The notes under the pieces: generated by a model | Databases searched by the model: none | Told to the model about the DNA's origin: nothing | Seen by the model: only the letters and a program-made list of their open reading frames with translations | Part shown: positions 59,460 through 64,000 of the stretch, piece by piece | Layout of the letters: the number at the start of each line of letters is the position of its first letter | Numbering within the stretch: the first letter of the stretch is position 1 | Made by a program: the position numbers and the translations under genes | Assembly: GCA_037447605.1 (NCBI GenBank) | Contig: CM074823.1 | Location: forward strand, 1,524,794-1,588,793 | DNA from: Zygnema circumcarinatum SAG 698-1b | Lineage: Eukaryota > Plantae > Zygnematophyceae | DNA length: 64,000 bases | Direction of reading: 5' to 3'

Positions 59460-59603
59460 CATGCATGGGGCCATGCCATGCCATGCGTGGGACCATGCCA
59501 TGCCATGCATGGGGCCATGCCATGCCATGCATGGGGCCATGCCATGCCATGCATGGGGCCATGCCATGCCATGCATGGGGCCATGCCATGCCATGCATGG
59601 GGC
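59460..59603. repeat. 22-bp tandem array CATGCATGGGGCCATGCCATGC x6.5 (RY-motif rich)
   Basis: Units at 59460, 59482 (variant), 59504, 59526, 59548, 59570 and 59592 (partial). The array ends about 340 bp upstream of the ATG at 59942. Confidence 0.92.
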
Positions 59604-59941
59604 GTTGCCAGTCGCCCTCTCAGCGGTTTTGAACTTTGATACCGTTTTGCTGTCGTCTCTCTCTCTAACTTTCGCGTCGACCTCCCTGCTCTCTCACTCC
59701 TCCCTCGCCACTCCCTTCTCTCCCCTTCCTTTTCCTCTCCCCACTCTCCTCTCCCTCAGTCTCTCGTCCCTTTCTTTCTCTCGTTTTCTCTCCCCTCTCC
59801 TCTCTCCTCTCTCCCCTCTCCCTTGTTCCCCTTTTCTTCCCTCTCCCCCTCACCCCACCCTCTCCCTCTCCCCTTCCTCTCTCCCTCACTCCCTCCCCCT
59901 CCTCTCTCTCGCCCATCCCCGCAAATCCCTCCTTCCTCCAG

Positions 59942-61863
59942 ATGGAACTTCTCCTGGCGGCCAGGAGGCCGAAAGGCACCGTCGTGGTCCATCGCCGAAC
60001 CCTAATGTTGGCCGCCATGGCTTCCGCCTTCTGCCTTATGGGCTTCTACTTTTGGGGCCTCTTGACGGGGATCCATGTACAGGATCCGAACGCTGTTCAG
60101 TTGCAGTTGCTGCTCACTTCAGGGAACGGCGGCGACAATACCTCCTTCTCCCCCTTCATTCCTGACCACCCCTGGAGCGACACGTGGCATCAAATTGCTG
60201 ACGTGGATCTCTTCAAGGAAGCTTTGAAAGTGGCGATGGCCCCGACCGAGCCCGAAAATGGAAAGCCAAAAAAGATCGCTTTTATGTTCCTTGTGAAGGG
60301 GAAAATTCCGTTAGCGGATTTTTGGGAGCGATTTTTTAAAGGATATGAGGACAGATTTTCCCTTTACATTCATTCGAAACCGGGTCATGTTTATTATGAC
60401 CATGAGACCCCCAAAGCGTTCAGGAGGAGGCAGATTCCCAGCAAGGTGAGTTTTCATGTTTTATCTTGTACTTTTTCGCTCTCCCCTCCCTCTCTCTCTC
60501 TCTCTCTCCCTCTCTCTCTCCCTCTCTCTCTCTCGCCCTCTCCCTCTCTCGCTTTTCCCACGTACCTTTCTTTCCCCTTTCCCCTTTTTCCCTTTCACGT
60601 GCAGCTCCTTTCGGGTCGTAGGGAGAGGGAGAAGCAGAGAAGAAGGAGAGATAGGGTGCGGGAAATGGTTTGGAGAAGAGGGAGGATAAGGTAGGAAGGG
60701 TTAGGGAGGGAGAGAGGGAGAGAGATATGGGTCGAGGGGAGGAGGGAAAAGAGAAGAGGGAAGGAGAAACGGAGGGAGGGAAGGAATGAGAGAAGCGGGA
60801 AAAGGAGCAAGGGGAAGGGAGAACTGAGAGGCGGACCAAAAAATCTCCCTCTCTCTTTCTCTCTCTCTCTCTGTCCCTCTCTCTCTCGATTTATCGTTGG
60901 ATGCTTCTTAAACCCTAAACCTTAAACCCTAAACCTTAAACCCTAAACCTTAAACCCTAACCCCCTGTCATAAGCCCAGATCCATGACAGCAAAAGCCAT
61001 AAACTACAAACTGGAAAACCTAAACCTCCGAAAGCCCATGAAGCCAAACTTTCCAAACTACCACGAACCCTAAACCCCTGAAAGCTTCTTTGCCTCAAAC
61101 CCTTCAAGCTTCTGGGAAGAAAAAAAAAACAAAATATAGAAAGCAAAACCTCTCCTTATCTCTCTACTTATCCTGAATTATATCTGTCTCTAAATTTTTT
61201 TTTTTTTTTTTCCTTTTATTTCTTGTTTTCTAGGAAGTGGGATGGGGGGAAATGTCGATGGTGGACGCTGAGCGACGTCTTTTGGCCAATGCTCTTTTTG
61301 ACCCTTTAAATTCAAGATTTGTTCTGGTCTCTGAGTCCTGCATCCCTTTGTTTAATTTCACATTCATTTACGACTACTTGATGGGAACAAATGAGAGCTT
61401 TCTTGACATTCATGATGATCCCGGAGATGTGGGAAGGGGCCGTTACAGCTTCAATATGGCCCCTCTCATCCCTTGGAAAAAATGGCGAAAAGGCTCCCAA
61501 TGGTTTGAAATAGAGAGAAGTTTTGCTCGCATGATAGTGAACGATACCCAATACTATGAAGTCTTTCGGAAATTTTGTGTGAAGGATTGCTATCCTGACG
61601 AGCATTATTTACCCACTATGGTCTCTATGTTGGTCCCCGAAATGGACTCAAATAGGGGGTTAACTTATGCGTCTTTCAATGGGAGTCCACATCCTCAACG
61701 CTTTTTTCGAACCCAAGTTTCGAAATGGCTGATCAGGAAGCTGCGACGGAAACGGAACTGTTTACGGAACGGAGAGCTCTCCGTTTGTTATTTGTTCGCG
61801 AGGAAGTTCACGCCTTGCTCTTTATCGAGGTTGTTGACTTTATCGGAATGGATGGGAATGTGA
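59942..61863 (+). CDS. Core-2/I-branching beta-1,6-GlcNAc-transferase-like (GT14-like/DUF266, BC10-like) Golgi type II glycosyltransferase
   Basis: Exons 59942-60445 and 61234-61863 (phase 0). An N-terminal TM (MLAAMASAFCLMGFYFWGLL) is followed by KIAFMFL..PLADFWERFF..SLYIH, RQIPSK|EVGWGEMSMVDAERRLLANAL.D..N..FVLVSESCIPL, WRKGSQWF, CYPDEHYLPT and CYLFARKF. Confidence 0.93.
60909..60962. repeat. Interstitial telomere-like array, alternating AAACCCT/AAACCTT
   Basis: About 7.5 heptamers in the glycosyltransferase intron. A similar short tract follows the stop codon at 56460-56500. Confidence 0.8.
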
Positions 61864-62097
61864 ATCCCTTGTCATTGGCTTTAGGACGGAAGCCGACCCT
61901 CCTCATTTTTTTGCTCTTTTTTTATGTCACATTGACTTTATCGAGCGGTCCCCAGAATCGCCTTAAAACTCCATTCCCGCAACTCCATTCAACGTTTTTA
62001 GCGAATCTCGGAAACCAATGAAAACTCGCCACGTGTCGGCTGACGTGGACGCATCGCCGAGCTTCGGCGGTCGCTTCCCCTTGGCGCCGCCTCCTGC

Positions 62098-62155
<58 letters not shown>

Positions 62156-62417
62156 CCTCTCTCTCACACTCGCCACGGCGGGTTGTCGCAAAAGCCTGAT
62201 GAAGGAGTGACGTCAGCTTCGGGAGCAGGCAAGCACTGTGCCCTTATCTCCCTTGGTCCCATGCGTTCTCTCTCTCTCTTTTTGTGTCACTTTTCCCCCC
62301 GCTCTTTCATTAACGCAGCCTCTCTCCCTCTCTTGGTTCAATCTACTCTCTCACTCCCACTCTCTACCTCTCTTTTGACTTTCTCCAATTACTGCAACCT
62401 CTCTCTCTCTGTCCCAT

Positions 62418-62565
<148 letters not shown>

Positions 62566-63017
62566 ATCCTCGTTTTCTTGTCATCCTCCCGGTTTTCTTT
62601 CTGTTTACCCCCCCCCTCCCCCATCTAAAATTGTATTGTTCGTATTGCAGGTTGTGCGATGATCCTTTATCGATGTCGTTCTAGTCGATGGACAGGTGCA
62701 GGCGCACAGCACATGAGTGACTGGCAGTGGCGGGATTGCGCTTGTCTTTGTTGGGGGGGGAGGGGGGGGGGGCGCTCAGCCTCCCCTTAGATTTTGAAAA
62801 CCTGTTAGCCACTGCTCCTCGCCTTTGAAAGTTGAATAGCAAAAATACACACACTTCACTCCCCAGATTTTCCCTACTGCTGGTCATCCCCCCCCTAACA
62901 CGAAGCCTTGAATCTCAGCCCGCCCACCCAAACTTGAGTCCCGGATCCGCCCCTGGTGAGTGGGATAGCGAGTCGGACTGCGAGTTAGATGGTGCCCTCC
63001 ATAGCAAGTCTGCTTGT

Positions 63018-63125
63018 GATGATGTTGAGAATGTTGGCGGTGACATCAAAGATGATGTTGAGGATGTTGGCGGTGACATCAAAGATGATGTTGAGGATGT
63101 TGGCGTTGACATCATAGATGATGTT
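63018..63125 (+). repeat. 33-bp tandem repeat x3.3 (in-frame DDVE(N/D)VG(G/V)DI(K/I))
   Basis: Units at 63018, 63051, 63084 and a partial at 63117, inside ORF 62832-63338. Confidence 0.85.
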
Positions 63126-63975
63126 TGCTTCATGCATGCCCGACGAGTTAGTGAAAAGCTCGCAGCGAGTTTGTTTGTTTTCAGACATGAGAGTTCTCGG
63201 CGATTGGATTGGATCAAGAGCCACGACTTTACATGGGCACACAAATGTATTGCACGCAGTCAGCAGATGGGCGCTCGTAGCCATCATGGTGCCAACATCA
63301 GTGTTAAAGGCACAAACCTATGGCCACGTGGCGGTTAGTCACTGGCCCTGTCTCGGCGAGAAAAAAAAAATCGAAAGGCCTCCCGGACGGGGATCGACTT
63401 GCTTTCAGCGCAGGGTTCCATGCGGCAGTTAAGCGTCGTGTGCGACGCTGATTGGGTCCATGAGGAGCTGTCAGACACGTGGCACGTACCTGACAGTCTA
63501 CGTGATACTGATGTGGCAGCCACGTTGGCGTTACTGAACGGCATAATCGCGTCGTCCAATCGTCCGCCGTCACGTGGCTGTCAACGGAAAAAATTGCTTG
63601 CCACGTGGTTATTGGCTACTGGCTCACAGCCATCGACTTTGCGGTGACCGGCGGTCACGGCCGCGGTTCAGCAGCGACGCACGTACGGAAACCGCGGTGG
63701 GGGGCACAGCGGACGCTTAAATAAGTATAGACGTGGCGAGTTTCTATTGGATTCCGTTGCTGACGTGGAAATCCGTTTTTTTCATAAATCATGATATCCG
63801 ACGTGGCTCGTTTTTTCCCCTAGAGGACCGCGATACCCACACACGGCAGTTCGGTATTCGCTCATAACAGAGACACGTGGATGAATGCACACCGTCAGAT
63901 CGCATACACACTGGCCATCAGATGCAGCACATCCTGTCAAATATCTGCTTTTCCGACAATTCTGAAGCTGGTAAT

Positions 63976-64000
63976 AGGGGGTGTCAGACTTAAATATTGT
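63976..64000. mobile_element. Left TIR of a Harbinger-type MITE running off the window
   Basis: AAT + AGGGGGTGTCAGACTTA, the reverse complement of the end at 51932-51949. Confidence 0.55.

Overview
This is eukaryotic, intron-rich streptophyte (plant-lineage) DNA; a non-seed plant or charophyte-grade alga is an inference. It is a draft assembly with nine 10-N gaps and some visibly noisy stretches. The left arm holds three genes: the 3' part of a peroxisomal-type citrate synthase (+), an RSZ22-like SR splicing factor (+), and an EXORDIUM/PHI-1-like gene (-). The last appears to encode a single-pass membrane protein (signal peptide, PHI-1 domain, transmembrane helix, short basic tail). About 15.5-52 kb is a transposon nest. 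It contains MULE-, Harbinger- and Tc1/mariner-type MITEs, a Copia element, and an old Gypsy element. That Gypsy element hosts a 20.4-kb chromovirus, which itself holds two Copia elements, each carrying an inserted LTR. It also hosts a Gag-protease-only Copia derivative. Most junctions are fixed by target-site duplications (TSDs). The right arm holds a conserved plant DUF3110-like gene whose exon end and splice donor are tandemly amplified with triple G-boxes, an RY-motif array, and a GT14-like (core-2/I-branching) glycosyltransferase. Most short six-frame ORFs are microsatellite artefacts. No prokaryotic systems, rRNA, tRNA or CRISPR arrays were found. All alignments and exon models were made by eye, with no database searches.
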